Source: Spirochaetota bacterium
GTDB lineage: Bacteria; Spirochaetota; UBA4802; UBA5550
Direction: 5' to 3'
Assembly (NCBI GenBank): GCA_963664815.2
Contig: CAXXHB010000003.1
Span: forward strand, 128,001-192,000
Length of the DNA: 64,000 bases
Part shown: piece after piece, positions 53,833 through 64,000 of the stretch
Numbering within the stretch: the stretch's first letter is position 1
How the letters are laid out: every line of letters begins with the position of its first letter
Notes under the pieces: model-generated
The model's database searches: none
Seen by the model: the letters and a program-made list of their open reading frames with translations, nothing else
What the model was told of the DNA's origin: nothing
Made by a program: the position numbers and the translations under genes

Positions 53833-54709
53833 ATTTTTTCTTTTCAGATGTCTTTTTCTTTCTTTCCAATTCCACGGGATATAACAGTTTTTCATTATCA
53901 ATAGCGTCGACTTTAAATTTTTCAGGGATTCTATCATCAAAAATTGATGTTATCTGATTTTTTTTCAAATCATATTTATCCTGTATAGAACCTGTATTGA
54001 ATTCATTTTTTATTTTATATATTTCAATTGCTGATTGTTTAGCCATACGACAGAATTGTATAGTATTCATATATTTATCTATTATAAAGTTAAGTTGATC
54101 AGATTTAATTTTTTTTCTACTTTTTATAAATGCTATTTCAGGATCATTAAAAAACTTTAAGGCATCACTAAAATTTGAATGACCATCACGTAAATAAGTT
54201 TCAACTCTATGTGAATCGTAGAAAAAATGAAAATCTTTTGAAGTAAATTTATCATCATATGGTTTAACATCTTTAAGTGGATCAAATGGTTTATTAAAGT
54301 AAGTAGAATAACCGCTGTTTTTGTTGTAAGTTATAAATACTTCGATCACACTATTTTCTGCTGCGGTAGCGGCTAAAATTTCTTTTGTTCTACTTATATA
54401 AATTTTACTTACTGTTTCAAGAACTTTAATAATTTCAAGTTTAAGATTATAATATTTTGTAGCTGAAGAATCATAATTTGTTCCATAATATTCAAGAGTA
54501 GCGTCCTCGAAATTCTTCATAAGATTTTCATATGCTTTCTGATTTTCATCTGTTTTAAAATTAGTCAACATTGGTTTCATTTCACGGAGTATCTTTGTTG
54601 TATAGTAATAATCTTTACTCGATTTTACGGCTGATGAAATAGCAAAAGCATTAGAATATATTAAAATAATGGAAGTCATTAATAAGGTAGCAGTTTTTGT
54701 AATTTTCAT
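53831..54709 (-). CDS. Secreted helical protein, possibly Leptospira OmpL37-like
   Basis: ATG 54709 after GAGGA, signal peptide ending SNAFA; helical body; family resemblance from recall only. Confidence 0.6.
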   Translation of the reverse strand: MKITKTATLLMTSIILIYSNAFAISSAVKSSKDYYYTTKILREMKPMLTNFKTDENQKAYENLMKNFEDATLEYYGTNYDSSATKYYNLKLEIIKVLETVSKIYISRTKEILAATAAENSVIEVFITYNKNSGYSTYFNKPFDPLKDVKPYDDKFTSKDFHFFYDSHRVETYLRDGHSNFSDALKFFNDPEIAFIKSRKKIKSDQLNFIIDKYMNTIQFCRMAKQSAIEIYKIKNEFNTGSIQDKYDLKKNQITSIFDDRIPEKFKVDAIDNEKLLYPVELERKKKTSEKKK

Positions 54710-55035
54710 AATTTCCTCTATTGCAGAATATATTCTGACATTATATATTCGACAATAGAAATACATCACTTAACTATAAAATTAAATAATTAATTTTATT
54801 AAAAAATATCAAATTTATCAATTTAAAAAAGTAAAAAAATTTTGTTGAATATTTATAGAATATTTATTGATATTAAAGAATAGAAAGTAAAATATTTGTA
54901 TTATCTGGTAATAATTGAAAAAAAATATGGGTAAAATATATCTGAATTAAATGATGAAAAAGATAGTTTATCTGCAAAGTGTTTAAAATTGTTATTAGTA
55001 AAAAATGGATGTATAACTGAAATAGGGAGTAAAAA

Positions 55036-55902
55036 ATGGAAGAGACAAAAAAAATATCCTTCAGGCAGAAAAATAAAACTCTTTGCCCAGTTTGTACAAA
55101 TGAGTTTTATCGTGAAGAGATGTTTACAGGAAGCGGAAGGTTAATTGCAGAAAAAATTACTGATGAACTTAGAAGGTTATATAAGGAAAGTAAAAAATAT
55201 GGTAAAGTGTATCCTCTTGCATATATATTGAATGTATGTCCAAACTGTTTATACACTGCTTATCCAAAAGATTTTAGCGACATTACAGATGATGAAATAT
55301 CAAAGCTGCAGCAGATGAAACCTGCAAGAAAAAATGCGGTTGAAAAATTTTTTAATCAACTGGATTTTAATGATGACAGAAACTTAATGCTTGCAGCCGC
55401 ATCATACATGCTCGCAGTTGATTGCTATAATTTCAGGAAAAAAAATGTTGCACCTACTTTTAAAAAAGGCGTTTCTTCTATACGAGCTGCCTGGCTTTTT
55501 TCAGACCTCGCAGAAGAATATCCGGATCAGCCATATAAAAAATTATCTTTATTTTTCTATAAGAAATCATATGATTTCTATCTTAAAATTCTCGATTTAT
55601 TGCAAAGTGGCGCTGAACCTGCAGATGCAGCCGGGAATATGGGGCCAGATACTGACAGAAACTGGGGTTATGAAGGTATACTTTATTTATCTGCGGTTCT
55701 TACTGTAAAATATGGTACTACAGAAAAGGATATAAATAAAAGGATTGAAAATTTCAACATCAGTAAAAAATACTTGAGCAGGCTTTTTGGTTCAGGGAAA
55801 TCTTCAAAGAATGTTCCTACTGAATTACTTGAAAAAACCAGAATATTATATGATAAAATTAATGCAATGCTTGAGCAGTGGGAAGGGGAAAAGGAAGTTT
55901 GA
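55036..55902 (+). CDS. DUF2225-family protein (Zn ribbon + helical repeats)
   Basis: CPVC...VCPNC, RAAWL. Confidence 0.8.
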   Translation: MEETKKISFRQKNKTLCPVCTNEFYREEMFTGSGRLIAEKITDELRRLYKESKKYGKVYPLAYILNVCPNCLYTAYPKDFSDITDDEISKLQQMKPARKNAVEKFFNQLDFNDDRNLMLAAASYMLAVDCYNFRKKNVAPTFKKGVSSIRAAWLFSDLAEEYPDQPYKKLSLFFYKKSYDFYLKILDLLQSGAEPADAAGNMGPDTDRNWGYEGILYLSAVLTVKYGTTEKDINKRIENFNISKKYLSRLFGSGKSSKNVPTELLEKTRILYDKINAMLEQWEGEKEV

Positions 55903-56666
55903 GCAGATATGCGTTATTAGTTCAATATGATGGTACTCTTTTTAATGGATGGCAATTGCAGAATGGTGGGAAAACAATCCAGGGTGAGTTTGAAAATGCA
56001 ATAGAAATTCTAACAAAGGAAAATGTCAGAGTAACTGCTTCCGGGCGGACGGATACGGGCGTTCATGCTCTTGGGCAGGTTGTTCACTTTGATCTTGCTA
56101 ATGAAATTTCACTTCAAAAGATGTGTATAAGCCTCAATGGAATATTACCTTCGGATATATCAGTAAAAAATGCTTTTAAAGTAGGATTCGATTTTCATTC
56201 AAGATTTATGGCTATACAAAGGGAGTATATTTATTTTATTTACAGGTATCCGTTGCGTACACCGTTTATGCGTAATAAAGCATTATGGATTAATCACACA
56301 TTAGAAGCAGATTATATAAGAGAGGCTGCTGGATATCTTATTGGTGAGAATGATTTTGCATCATTTTGCAAAAAAATATCAGTTGGAAACGGTACTGTAA
56401 GAAAGATAGAATCGATTGATGTCGCGGAACAGGATGATCTTATTAAGATCAAGCTTAATGCTAATGCTTTTCTTCATAATATGATAAGAATAATTATTGG
56501 AACAATTGTTCAGATGTACAGGGAAAAAAGAGACCCTTCATATATAAAACAGATACTTGAAAAAAAAGACAGGTCGGCGAGTGGTTTCACAGCTCCACCA
56601 TATGGACTATATCTAAATAGGATTATTTATAATCCGCCACTTAACTTTTATGAATCTGCATTTTAA
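55899..56666 (+). CDS. truA: tRNA pseudouridine(38-40) synthase
   Basis: YDGT...GWQ, SGRTDTGVHA, FLHNMIR, TAPPYGL; TTG 55899 after AAGGA overlaps the upstream stop. Confidence 0.97.
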   Translation: MSRYALLVQYDGTLFNGWQLQNGGKTIQGEFENAIEILTKENVRVTASGRTDTGVHALGQVVHFDLANEISLQKMCISLNGILPSDISVKNAFKVGFDFHSRFMAIQREYIYFIYRYPLRTPFMRNKALWINHTLEADYIREAAGYLIGENDFASFCKKISVGNGTVRKIESIDVAEQDDLIKIKLNANAFLHNMIRIIIGTIVQMYREKRDPSYIKQILEKKDRSASGFTAPPYGLYLNRIIYNPPLNFYESAF

Positions 56667-56734
56667 TTATTGACATTATTCATTCATTTTTAAGAATAAC
56701 ACCGCTAAGTTAAAGTATTCTGGGCAGATAATAA

Positions 56735-57304
56735 ATGAAAAAAAATCTAATTTTTGTATGTGTTTTGACTGTAGTGTTTAGTCTGGCAACTGATGCTTTC
56801 ACGGCAAGCTCTAGAAAAAAGTATTTTTTAAAACCTCAAATAGGTTTATGGTATGGACCTATTACTCCAATATTTAATACAGCAGAACATGTAGATACTA
56901 ATCTAGGGGGTGGTGCATTTTTTAGATATAATCTTCCGTATGAACCACTAAAGATTGGTCTTGAAGCTTCATATCAGGGATTTGATTCGAGTGGAGTAGA
57001 TAAACTGCGACTCTACCCGGTATATATGAATTTTATTTATTTACTTCCGATTGATCTTCCGGTTAAAATACAACTTAAAGGTGGTGGTGGATTCTGTAAT
57101 GTGCATATGGAGCCTGATAATGTAACTCAGTGGGATCCGATGTTCATGGCCGGAACTGAAATTTCCTTTCCGGCGGGAAAATTGGCAAACATTGCTTTGA
57201 GGATAGATTATCTCTGCCTTTATGAAAATTATCTGCCGAATGAACCTAAAAACGGTTATGTGATTAATGCCGGAATTTCTCTGTACTTTAATCTTAATTT
57301 GTAG
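56735..57304 (+). CDS. Small outer-membrane beta-barrel-like protein
   Basis: Signal peptide, about 8 amphipathic strands, C-terminal SLYFNLNL. Confidence 0.6.
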   Translation: MKKNLIFVCVLTVVFSLATDAFTASSRKKYFLKPQIGLWYGPITPIFNTAEHVDTNLGGGAFFRYNLPYEPLKIGLEASYQGFDSSGVDKLRLYPVYMNFIYLLPIDLPVKIQLKGGGGFCNVHMEPDNVTQWDPMFMAGTEISFPAGKLANIALRIDYLCLYENYLPNEPKNGYVINAGISLYFNLNL

Positions 57305-57322
57305 AATGGTGTTTGATATATA

Positions 57323-58675
57323 ATGAAATATAAGAATATAATGCTAATGATTGTTCTTTTCTTTTTTGTGGGGTGTGGTGATACTCCAATATTCAAAGAA
57401 ATGGATACAAACAGATTAAAAGTTAAGATCAAAGGTACTTTTGAGACTGATGGGGATTCTAATTTTATCACTATGGTCGGGCAAGATCCAAAAGCTGCAC
57501 CGATAGAAGATACAAATTCAGTTGATGATGTTCAACTTACAGCAGGAACGAATGATACGCTTCCAACTACTCTTATGTTTGATATTGCCGAAGTGAGGTT
57601 AAATGGGAAAAAGTTTTCAAACTATAGAAAAGTTATTGAAGCTTCGTTAACCGGAGATGATACTTTTTTTAATGGGAGCGGTATTGAATTGGAAAATGAT
57701 GATCCTGGCAATGGTCATTATGATACTGTTCAAGTGTACATAAGAAAAATGATTTTAGATAATGCGATGATATACCAATCGGTTGGAAGCTCCCTGACTT
57801 ATGAAGAACCTGCTACTGTCATCTTTCATGAAGCAACAAGGCAGGGATTTGATTTTAATCAGCTTCAGGTAAATTCATATTGGGACAGTCTTAGAACAGA
57901 AGCTAGTACGATATTAAGAAATTTTCCAGTTGAAATACCTATAACCGGTGGGCTTGATTATGACAGTGAGAATGAAGAAACTGTTCTTGAAATAAGGTTT
58001 GTAATAAAGAATTTTATTAAAAAATATGAATATGATTATTACGATGAAGGTGTATTTAAGGTTTGTCACTATTTTGCTCCTTCTGACTGGCTGCGAGATA
58101 TAAGGGCTGGTGAAAATGATATCGGACGTAATCTTCACGCTGTTGCAAGGGCATATGTCCCCGGAAAGACAGGAAGTGTAACTGTTACTGGGGTAGCTTC
58201 TGGTTATTATGTTATTGCAATTCCAGAGAGTGAACCTATTACAGATTATTTTATAACTGACACAGGTGTTAATTTGAGAAATGCAGTTAACACTACAACT
58301 AATTGCGATCTTCCACAATCTCCTTCATACCCTGGAGCATATATTGAAGCTGTTCTCGATTATTATCTGAAATATGAAGATTACAAATATGATTGGAATA
58401 TAGCTGTCAGTACGTGTGGTACTCTTACTACTTATGAAAGTAAATGGGATACATATGAAGCTGCGGTTAAGAATTTTAAAATTGCACCTTATGTTGCATA
58501 TTCCGGTTCAGGAACTACTGTAAAATTTAATAATATGGCACCGGGAAAGTATAAATTTTATACAGTTGCACAACCGGCTTACGGTTCACTTTTTTCAGGA
58601 GCGAGTCCGTTTACAGCGCATAATTCAGGTACGGCTGAAACTATTACTACAGGGACTCAGACAATAGCTTTTTGA
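57323..58675 (+). CDS. Large beta-rich surface lipoprotein
   Basis: Lipobox FVG-C; Thr/Ser/Tyr-rich C-terminal region. Confidence 0.75.
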   Translation: MKYKNIMLMIVLFFFVGCGDTPIFKEMDTNRLKVKIKGTFETDGDSNFITMVGQDPKAAPIEDTNSVDDVQLTAGTNDTLPTTLMFDIAEVRLNGKKFSNYRKVIEASLTGDDTFFNGSGIELENDDPGNGHYDTVQVYIRKMILDNAMIYQSVGSSLTYEEPATVIFHEATRQGFDFNQLQVNSYWDSLRTEASTILRNFPVEIPITGGLDYDSENEETVLEIRFVIKNFIKKYEYDYYDEGVFKVCHYFAPSDWLRDIRAGENDIGRNLHAVARAYVPGKTGSVTVTGVASGYYVIAIPESEPITDYFITDTGVNLRNAVNTTTNCDLPQSPSYPGAYIEAVLDYYLKYEDYKYDWNIAVSTCGTLTTYESKWDTYEAAVKNFKIAPYVAYSGSGTTVKFNNMAPGKYKFYTVAQPAYGSLFSGASPFTAHNSGTAETITTGTQTIAF

Positions 58676-58701
58676 AATAGTATAAAATCACGGATAAATA
58701 T

Positions 58702-59922
58702 ATGTCACAAAAAATTATAGTACAAAAATACGGTGGAACGTCGGTTAAAGATCCCGAAAGAATTAAAGCAGTTGCATCAAGGGTAAAGACTTATATCGAT
58801 AAAGGTTATTCCGTAGTGGTAGTTGTTTCTGCAATGGGTAAGACGACGGATGTATTGATAGAACTTGCGAAAGAGATTTCAGATAATCCTTCAAAGCGAG
58901 AAATGGATATGCTTCTTTCCACCGGTGAACAGGTATCTATAGCATTGCTTGCAATTGCTCTTCAAGAAGCTGGAATTGATGCTATTTCGTATACAGGCTC
59001 ACAGATAAAGATGATGACAGACGGGAATTTCTCGAACGCGAAAATAGAGAATATTTCAACAGAAAAAATTATTAAATCTATTGAAGAAAAGAAAGTTGTA
59101 ATAGTAGCAGGTTTTCAGGGTATTGATGAGGATGGAAATATAACAACACTAGGACGGGGAGGTTCTGATACTTCGGCAGTTGCACTGGCAGCGGTACTTA
59201 AAACTAGAGATTGTGAAATATATACAGATGTTGACGGAGTTTACACTGCAGATCCTAGAATGATTTCACAAACAAGAAAACTAAAAGAAATTAGCTATGA
59301 TGAGATGCTTGAGCTGGCCAGGCTAGGTGCAGGAGTTTTGCACTCGAGATCTGTTGAGTTTGCAAAGAAATATAATATACGATTACATGTAAGGTCGAGT
59401 TTTTCATTTGATGAAGGAACAATTGTAATGCCTATGGAGGAGATGATGGAAAAATTTATCATTAGCGGGATTACAGCAAAGCAGGATGAAGCTAAGGTTA
59501 CTATTAGAGATATACCAGATAAGCCGGGGATTTCTGCAAAATTGTTTAATGAACTGGGGAAATGTAAGATTTATGTAAATATGATTGTTCAATCAACAGG
59601 GCATGACAATAGAGCTTCAATATCATTTACTGTAAAAAAAGAAGATCTCGTTAAGACTATTGAAATATGTAACGAGCTGAATAAAGAGTTTGGCGGTAGT
59701 GCGGTTGAATCTAAGGAGAATATTGCTATTGTTTCAGCTGTTGGAGTGGGAATGCTTTCATCTTATGGAGTTGCAGGAAAGATGTTCGGCGTTCTGTCAG
59801 AACAGAATATCAATATTGAAATGATTTCGACATCCGAGATAGGAATATCATGTGTTATTGATTCGATTTATGCCGAGCTTGCAGCTAAACTACTTCATAA
59901 AGCATTTATAGAAGCAAACTGA
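58702..59922 (+). CDS. lysC: Aspartate kinase (alpha chain)
   Basis: [37 protein letters not shown], two ACT domains. Confidence 0.98.
   Translation: MSQKIIVQKYGGTSVKDPERIKAVASRVKTYIDKGYSVVVVVSAMGKTTDVLIELAKEISDNPSKREMDMLLSTGEQVSIALLAIALQEAGIDAISYTGSQIKMMTDGNFSNAKIENISTEKIIKSIEEKKVVIVAGFQGIDEDGNITTLGRGGSDTSAVALAAVLKTRDCEIYTDVDGVYTADPRMISQTRKLKEISYDEMLELARLGAGVLHSRSVEFAKKYNIRLHVRSSFSFDEGTIVMPMEEMMEKFIISGITAKQDEAKVTIRDIPDKPGISAKLFNELGKCKIYVNMIVQSTGHDNRASISFTVKKEDLVKTIEICNELNKEFGGSAVESKENIAIVSAVGVGMLSSYGVAGKMFGVLSEQNINIEMISTSEIGISCVIDSIYAELAAKLLHKAFIEAN
59446..59922 (+). CDS. Predicted in-frame aspartate kinase beta subunit (internal start)
   Basis: GGAGG at 59436-59440, 5 nt before ATG 59446 (Met249), at the start of the ACT region. 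Confidence 0.6.
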   Translation: MEKFIISGITAKQDEAKVTIRDIPDKPGISAKLFNELGKCKIYVNMIVQSTGHDNRASISFTVKKEDLVKTIEICNELNKEFGGSAVESKENIAIVSAVGVGMLSSYGVAGKMFGVLSEQNINIEMISTSEIGISCVIDSIYAELAAKLLHKAFIEAN

Positions 59923-59924
59923 TT

Positions 59925-61025
59925 ATGATAAAAGTTGGAGTTCTTTATGGAGGACGTTCTGGAGAACATGATGTATCTAAGTGCTCGGCAGCTTCGGTAA
60001 TCAGGTATCTGGATAAATTGAAGTATGAAGTTATTGCCATCGGTATTGATCATGACGGAAGATGGTATGTTCAGGATACTCCTGAATTTATTGAAGATAA
60101 AGACTTCGGGTTTGTTTTAAACTTAAAGAAAACTGGCGACTGGTTTATAAATCATTATGAGCGCGAAGGGCGATTATTTCTTCATGAAAAAGATTCCGGG
60201 AGAGAAGTTTCTGTTGATGTAGTATTTCCTGTTGTGCATGGAACATTTTGTGAAGATGGAACTCTTCAAGGGTTGCTTGAACTGGCTATGGTACCTTATG
60301 TGGGAGCAGATGTGGTCGGTTCAGCAATCGGGATGGACAAAGATGTGGCAAAACGCTTGTTGCGTGATTCGGGAGTTCCTGTTGTTGACTGGATAAGGGT
60401 TGTTAAGTCGCAGTGGGATAATCAAAAGATAAATATTAAAAATGGAATTCAAAATAAAATTGGTTTTCCATGTTTTATTAAACCTTGTAACACAGGATCA
60501 TCTGTTGGAATTTCAAAGGTAAAATATTTTGAGTCACTTGAAAAAGCTATTGATGATGCATTCTTATGGGATAATAAAATTCTTATAGAAAAAGGTATTA
60601 ATGCAAGAGAAATTGAATTTTCTGTAATCGGGAATGATAATCCTGAATCATCAATTCCGGGTGAAATCAGACCCCGACATGAATTTTATTCCTATGAGGC
60701 AAAATACTTAGATACTGATGGAGCCGAACTTTTAATTCCAGCTGATATAGATTCTGAATTAACTGAAAAAATGAAAAAAACAGCAGTTGAGGGGTACACA
60801 ACATTATGTTGTACAGGTATGGCTCGAGTTGACTTTTTTCTTGATATGAACTCTAATAAGTTTTACCTTAATGAAATCAATACAATTCCTGGATTTACAA
60901 ATATCAGTATGTATCCGAAGTTATGGGGGAAATCAGGTATTGATTATCCTTCACTTCTGGAAAAGCTCATTTCTCTGGCATTTGAGCGGAGAAAAAGTAA
61001 AAATAGGCTAAGAACGATGTTTTGA
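59925..61025 (+). CDS. ddl: D-alanine--D-alanine ligase
   Basis: GGRSGEHDVS, HGTFCEDG, GSSVG, YSYEAKY, NEINTIPG. Confidence 0.98.
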   Translation: MIKVGVLYGGRSGEHDVSKCSAASVIRYLDKLKYEVIAIGIDHDGRWYVQDTPEFIEDKDFGFVLNLKKTGDWFINHYEREGRLFLHEKDSGREVSVDVVFPVVHGTFCEDGTLQGLLELAMVPYVGADVVGSAIGMDKDVAKRLLRDSGVPVVDWIRVVKSQWDNQKINIKNGIQNKIGFPCFIKPCNTGSSVGISKVKYFESLEKAIDDAFLWDNKILIEKGINAREIEFSVIGNDNPESSIPGEIRPRHEFYSYEAKYLDTDGAELLIPADIDSELTEKMKKTAVEGYTTLCCTGMARVDFFLDMNSNKFYLNEINTIPGFTNISMYPKLWGKSGIDYPSLLEKLISLAFERRKSKNRLRTMF

Positions 61026-61135
61026 TATATATTACCTTCCAAATTGTTCAGGTTGAGTATGTTTATATTTATCTTGACAATAAACGATAGAATCATTTTA
61101 ATTTAGACTGAAAAAAATCAATAACGGGATATTAT

Positions 61136-61891
61136 ATGAGCAGAAGAAAATCAATTATTCCAAGTATTTTTACTATGGGGAACATGTTAATGGGATTTAT
61201 CTCTATTTTGTTCTCTGCAAAATATGTATCAACGTATGGTGATAAAAGCTATCTTGTGATTGCTGGTTCATTGATATTCATTGGCGCAATTTTTGATGCT
61301 TTTGATGGAGCAATTGCGCGAGCTCTTGATGTTGAAAGTGAAATAGGTATGCAACTTGATTCTCTTGCCGATGCCGTTTCATATGGTATAGCACCTGGTG
61401 TGCTTGCATATCAGGCATATTTGCATAATTTGCCAGAGGTTTTTAATGTTAGTATTGGTGTATTAATTGCTGCTATTTTTCCAATTTGTACAATATACAG
61501 GCTTGCAAGGTTTAATTGTGAAGAAGGGGGAGATGGTTTTACTGGTTTGCCGTCGCCACCTGCTGGTATTATGGTGAGTATTGTTCCATCATTATATAGT
61601 GTTGATGTTGTATATTTTGGTGAATTGTATTGTGATGTAAATATTTATGCCTATACGTTTTTTTATATTATAATAGCTCTTTTAATGATTTCAAAAATTC
61701 CTTATTCAAAACTTTTTGCGGATATATGGAAAATGGGAATTTCAGCAAGAATAATAATGATGTCAACAGTTATCATGTTGCTTTATTTCTTTAGATCTTG
61801 GTCAATATTTGGGGTTGCTATAATTTATATATTTTTTGGCATTATAAAATTTGTATATCAGTTTTCCAAGACTAGCGGTAAAAATAGTTAA
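61136..61891 (+). CDS. pssA: CDP-diacylglycerol--serine O-phosphatidyltransferase
   Basis: DAFDGAIAR...G..LDSLADAVSYG, RLARFN, FTGLPSP. Confidence 0.9.
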   Translation: MSRRKSIIPSIFTMGNMLMGFISILFSAKYVSTYGDKSYLVIAGSLIFIGAIFDAFDGAIARALDVESEIGMQLDSLADAVSYGIAPGVLAYQAYLHNLPEVFNVSIGVLIAAIFPICTIYRLARFNCEEGGDGFTGLPSPPAGIMVSIVPSLYSVDVVYFGELYCDVNIYAYTFFYIIIALLMISKIPYSKLFADIWKMGISARIIMMSTVIMLLYFFRSWSIFGVAIIYIFFGIIKFVYQFSKTSGKNS

Positions 61892-62364
61892 TGGATGAAT
61901 TTACTCATTACAGTGACAATGGAAGGGCTGTTATGGTTGATATCAGTCCAAAAGTTTTGTCGGATAGGTATGCTAAGGCCTGTTCTTTTGTAAGAATGAG
62001 TTTTTCTACTATTGAAGCAATTGAAAAAAAACTTCTTCCAAAAGGTGATATCTTTGAGGTAGCGCGAATAGCAGGGATTTTAGCTGCTAAAAAAACTTCT
62101 GATCTTATTCCAATGTGCCATCCTTTAAAACTTGATTTTATTGATGTATCAATACGAGTAGATCGTATAAAATCAGGTGTTGAGATTTTTTCTGAAGTAA
62201 AATTAAGTGGAAAAACTGGTGTTGAAATGGAGGCTCTTACAGCCGTTTCAGTTGCAGCACTTACGGTATATGATATGTGTAAAGCTGTAGATAAAAATAT
62301 GATAATTGATGGCTGCAGACTTGTAGAAAAAAAAGGGGGGAAGTCTGATTATCAATCAATTTAA
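61891..62364 (+). CDS. moaC: Cyclic pyranopterin monophosphate synthase
   Basis: MVDIS, LIPMCHP, KTGVEMEAL, YDMCKAVD, KKGGKS. Confidence 0.97.
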   Translation: MDEFTHYSDNGRAVMVDISPKVLSDRYAKACSFVRMSFSTIEAIEKKLLPKGDIFEVARIAGILAAKKTSDLIPMCHPLKLDFIDVSIRVDRIKSGVEIFSEVKLSGKTGVEMEALTAVSVAALTVYDMCKAVDKNMIIDGCRLVEKKGGKSDYQSI

Positions 62365-62437
62365 TAAAAAATGGATATTATGTTTATTTATATATCTAAA
62401 AAATTTGTAAATATTATATGTTTTTTTAAAATTTATC

Positions 62438-62465
62438 TTGAAAATTAAAGGTGCGTTTATATAAT
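62438..62465 (+). promoter_or_regulatory. groESL promoter TTGAAA-N16-TATAAT
   Basis: TTGAAA 62438-62443, TATAAT 62460-62465. Confidence 0.7.
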
Positions 62466-62472
62466 TGAATTG

Positions 62473-62498
62473 TTAGCACTCGTTAAGGTGAGTGCTAA
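62473..62498. promoter_or_regulatory. CIRCE element (HrcA operator), 8-nt spacer variant
   Basis: TTAGCACTC-GTTAAGGT-GAGTGCTAA upstream of groES. Confidence 0.9.
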
Positions 62499-62553
62499 CA
62501 ATTCAAAAAGTAAAATTCAAAAATAACCTATATTTATTCTTAAGGAGGCTAAT

Positions 62554-62838
62554 ATGGCAATAAAACCGATAGGTGACAGAGTTTTAGTACAATTAATCGA
62601 AGAAGAAGTAGCAAAAGTTGGATCCTTGTATGTTCCAGATACAGCAAAGGAGAAACCTTCTCGTGGTAAAGTAGTTGCTGTTGGAGAGGGTAGGTTTGAG
62701 GGAAAAGATCTTATACCAATGAGAGTAAAAGTTGGTGATAAAGTTCTATTTGGAAAATATGCAGGTATGGAATTAAAGTATGAGGATAAGGAATACTTAG
62801 TCCTTAACGAGCATGATATTTTAGTAATAATAGATTAA
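62554..62838 (+). CDS. groS: Co-chaperonin GroES
   Basis: [23 protein letters not shown]. Confidence 0.99.
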   Translation: MAIKPIGDRVLVQLIEEEVAKVGSLYVPDTAKEKPSRGKVVAVGEGRFEGKDLIPMRVKVGDKVLFGKYAGMELKYEDKEYLVLNEHDILVIID

Positions 62839-62876
62839 TTAACATTAACGAAAAATAATCATAAAAGGGGATTAAT

Positions 62877-64000
62877 ATGGCAAAGATATTAAAGTATAAT
62901 GACGAAGCAAGAAGAGCTATTCTTGAGGGAGTCGTGAAACTTTCCGATGCAGTTCAGGTTACTCTGGGACCTCGCGGGAGAAATGTGGCAATTGATAAGA
63001 GATTCGGTGCTCCAACAGTTACAAAAGACGGCGTTACTGTTGCAAGGGAAATTGAACTTGAAGATTCATTTGAAAATATGGGCGCACAGATGGTTAAAGA
63101 AGTTGCTATTAAGACAAATGATATAGCTGGTGATGGGACTACAACTGCAACAATCCTTGCAGCTGCTATTTATAGAGAAAGTCTTAAAAATGTTACTGCT
63201 GGTGCGAATCCAATGGATCTTAAAAGAGGAATCGACAAAGCTGTTGAATCAGCAGTAAATTATGTAGCTTCTGTTTCAAGAGAGATAAAAGATAAAAAAG
63301 AAATTGCACAAGTTGCTGCAATATCTGCAAATAACGATATGGAAATCGGTAATCTTATTGCAGATGCAATGGACAAAGTTGGTAAAGACGGTGTTATAAC
63401 TGTTGAAGAGGCAAAATCAATTGAAACTACTCTTGAAGTTGTTGAGGGAATGCAGTTTGACAGAGGTTATATTTCTCCATATATGGCAACCAATCCTGAA
63501 ACAATGCAGGCTGTTCTAGATGATGCATTTATTCTTATACATGATAAAAAAATAGCTACAATGAAAGATTTGCTTCCTGTTCTTGAGAAAGTTGCACAGG
63601 CTGGAAGACCGCTTCTTATCATTGCAGAAGAAGTAGAAGGTGAAGCTCTTGCAACAATAGTAGTAAATACTTTAAGAAAAACAATAAATTGCGTAGCGGT
63701 TAAAGCACCAGGTTTCGGTGATAGAAGAAAAGCAATGCTTGAAGATATAGCTATTCTCACACGAGGACAGGTAGTATCAGAAGATTTAGGAATGAAGCTC
63801 GATAATACTACAATTGATATGCTCGGACGAGCGAAAAAAATTATTGTTGATAAGGAAACTACAACAATAATTGAAGGTGCTGGGGTACAACAGGAAGTAA
63901 AATCAAGAATTGTTCAGATTCAGAAACAAATTGAAGAATCAACATCTGAATATGATATCGAGAAGCTTCAGGAAAGAAAAGCGAAACTTGCTGGAGGAGT
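62877..64000 (+). CDS. groL: Chaperonin GroEL (runs off the window end)
   Basis: Manual translation [19 protein letters not shown]...TLGPRGRN...TKDGVTVA...AGDGTTTAT...GMQFDRGY...[10 protein letters not shown]. Confidence 0.99.
   Translation, partial: MAKILKYNDEARRAILEGVVKLSDAVQVTLGPRGRNVAIDKRFGAPTVTKDGVTVAREIELEDSFENMGAQMVKEVAIKTNDIAGDGTTTATILAAAIYRESLKNVTAGANPMDLKRGIDKAVESAVNYVASVSREIKDKKEIAQVAAISANNDMEIGNLIADAMDKVGKDGVITVEEAKSIETTLEVVEGMQFDRGYISPYMATNPETMQAVLDDAFILIHDKKIATMKDLLPVLEKVAQAGRPLLIIAEEVEGEALATIVVNTLRKTINCVAVKAPGFGDRRKAMLEDIAILTRGQVVSEDLGMKLDNTTIDMLGRAKKIIVDKETTTIIEGAGVQQEVKSRIVQIQKQIEESTSEYDIEKLQERKAKLAGG

Noticed and set aside
40000-62500. Apparent lower GC than the first 12 kb as evidence of horizontal transfer
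   Set aside because: The region is core, syntenic housekeeping DNA; A/T-ending codon preference explains much of it and the shift was not quantified

Overview
AT-rich bacterial chromosome segment, most likely from a Leptospirae-related spirochaete: it carries a SpiroCoCo-type coiled-coil gene, a Leptospira-like uL14 insertion and shortened uL1, and several lipoproteins. Positions 1-23.1 kb are accessory, envelope and signalling genes: a penicillin-acylase-family Ntn hydrolase (5' truncated), REC-PP2C phosphatase, a three-gene operon ending in a membrane PCI-like/zinc-ribbon protein, a probable major outer-membrane beta-barrel, VWA-TM-FHA protein, degenerate GGDEF protein next to a CesA-like GT2, DUF1624 acyltransferase, GNAT, TRIC channel, RNase D, PAS-GGDEF-EAL protein and HU. 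Positions 23.5-53.8 kb are the core cluster: tRNA-Thr, rpmG-secE-nusG-rplKAJL-rpoBC, rpsLG-fusA-tuf and S10-spc-alpha; rpmG and rpmJ are missing from the ORF track and were found by hand. Positions 53.8-64 kb hold Leptospira-like envelope genes, DUF2225, truA, lysC, ddl, pssA, moaC and CIRCE-groES-groEL (3' truncated). No mobile element, CRISPR array or rRNA was seen. Best leads: a possible c-di-GMP-gated polysaccharide synthase module (I-site-only GGDEF plus PilZ-less GT2), the PCI-like operon, a str-operon EF-G with a degenerate domain IV that looks transcriptionally insulated, a recurring 16-bp promoter spacer together with an altered alpha-CTD, an N8 CIRCE inside a 17-bp palindrome, a nested aspartokinase beta-subunit start, and a C-terminally extended bL36. 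All family calls come from motif recognition only; no searches were run.
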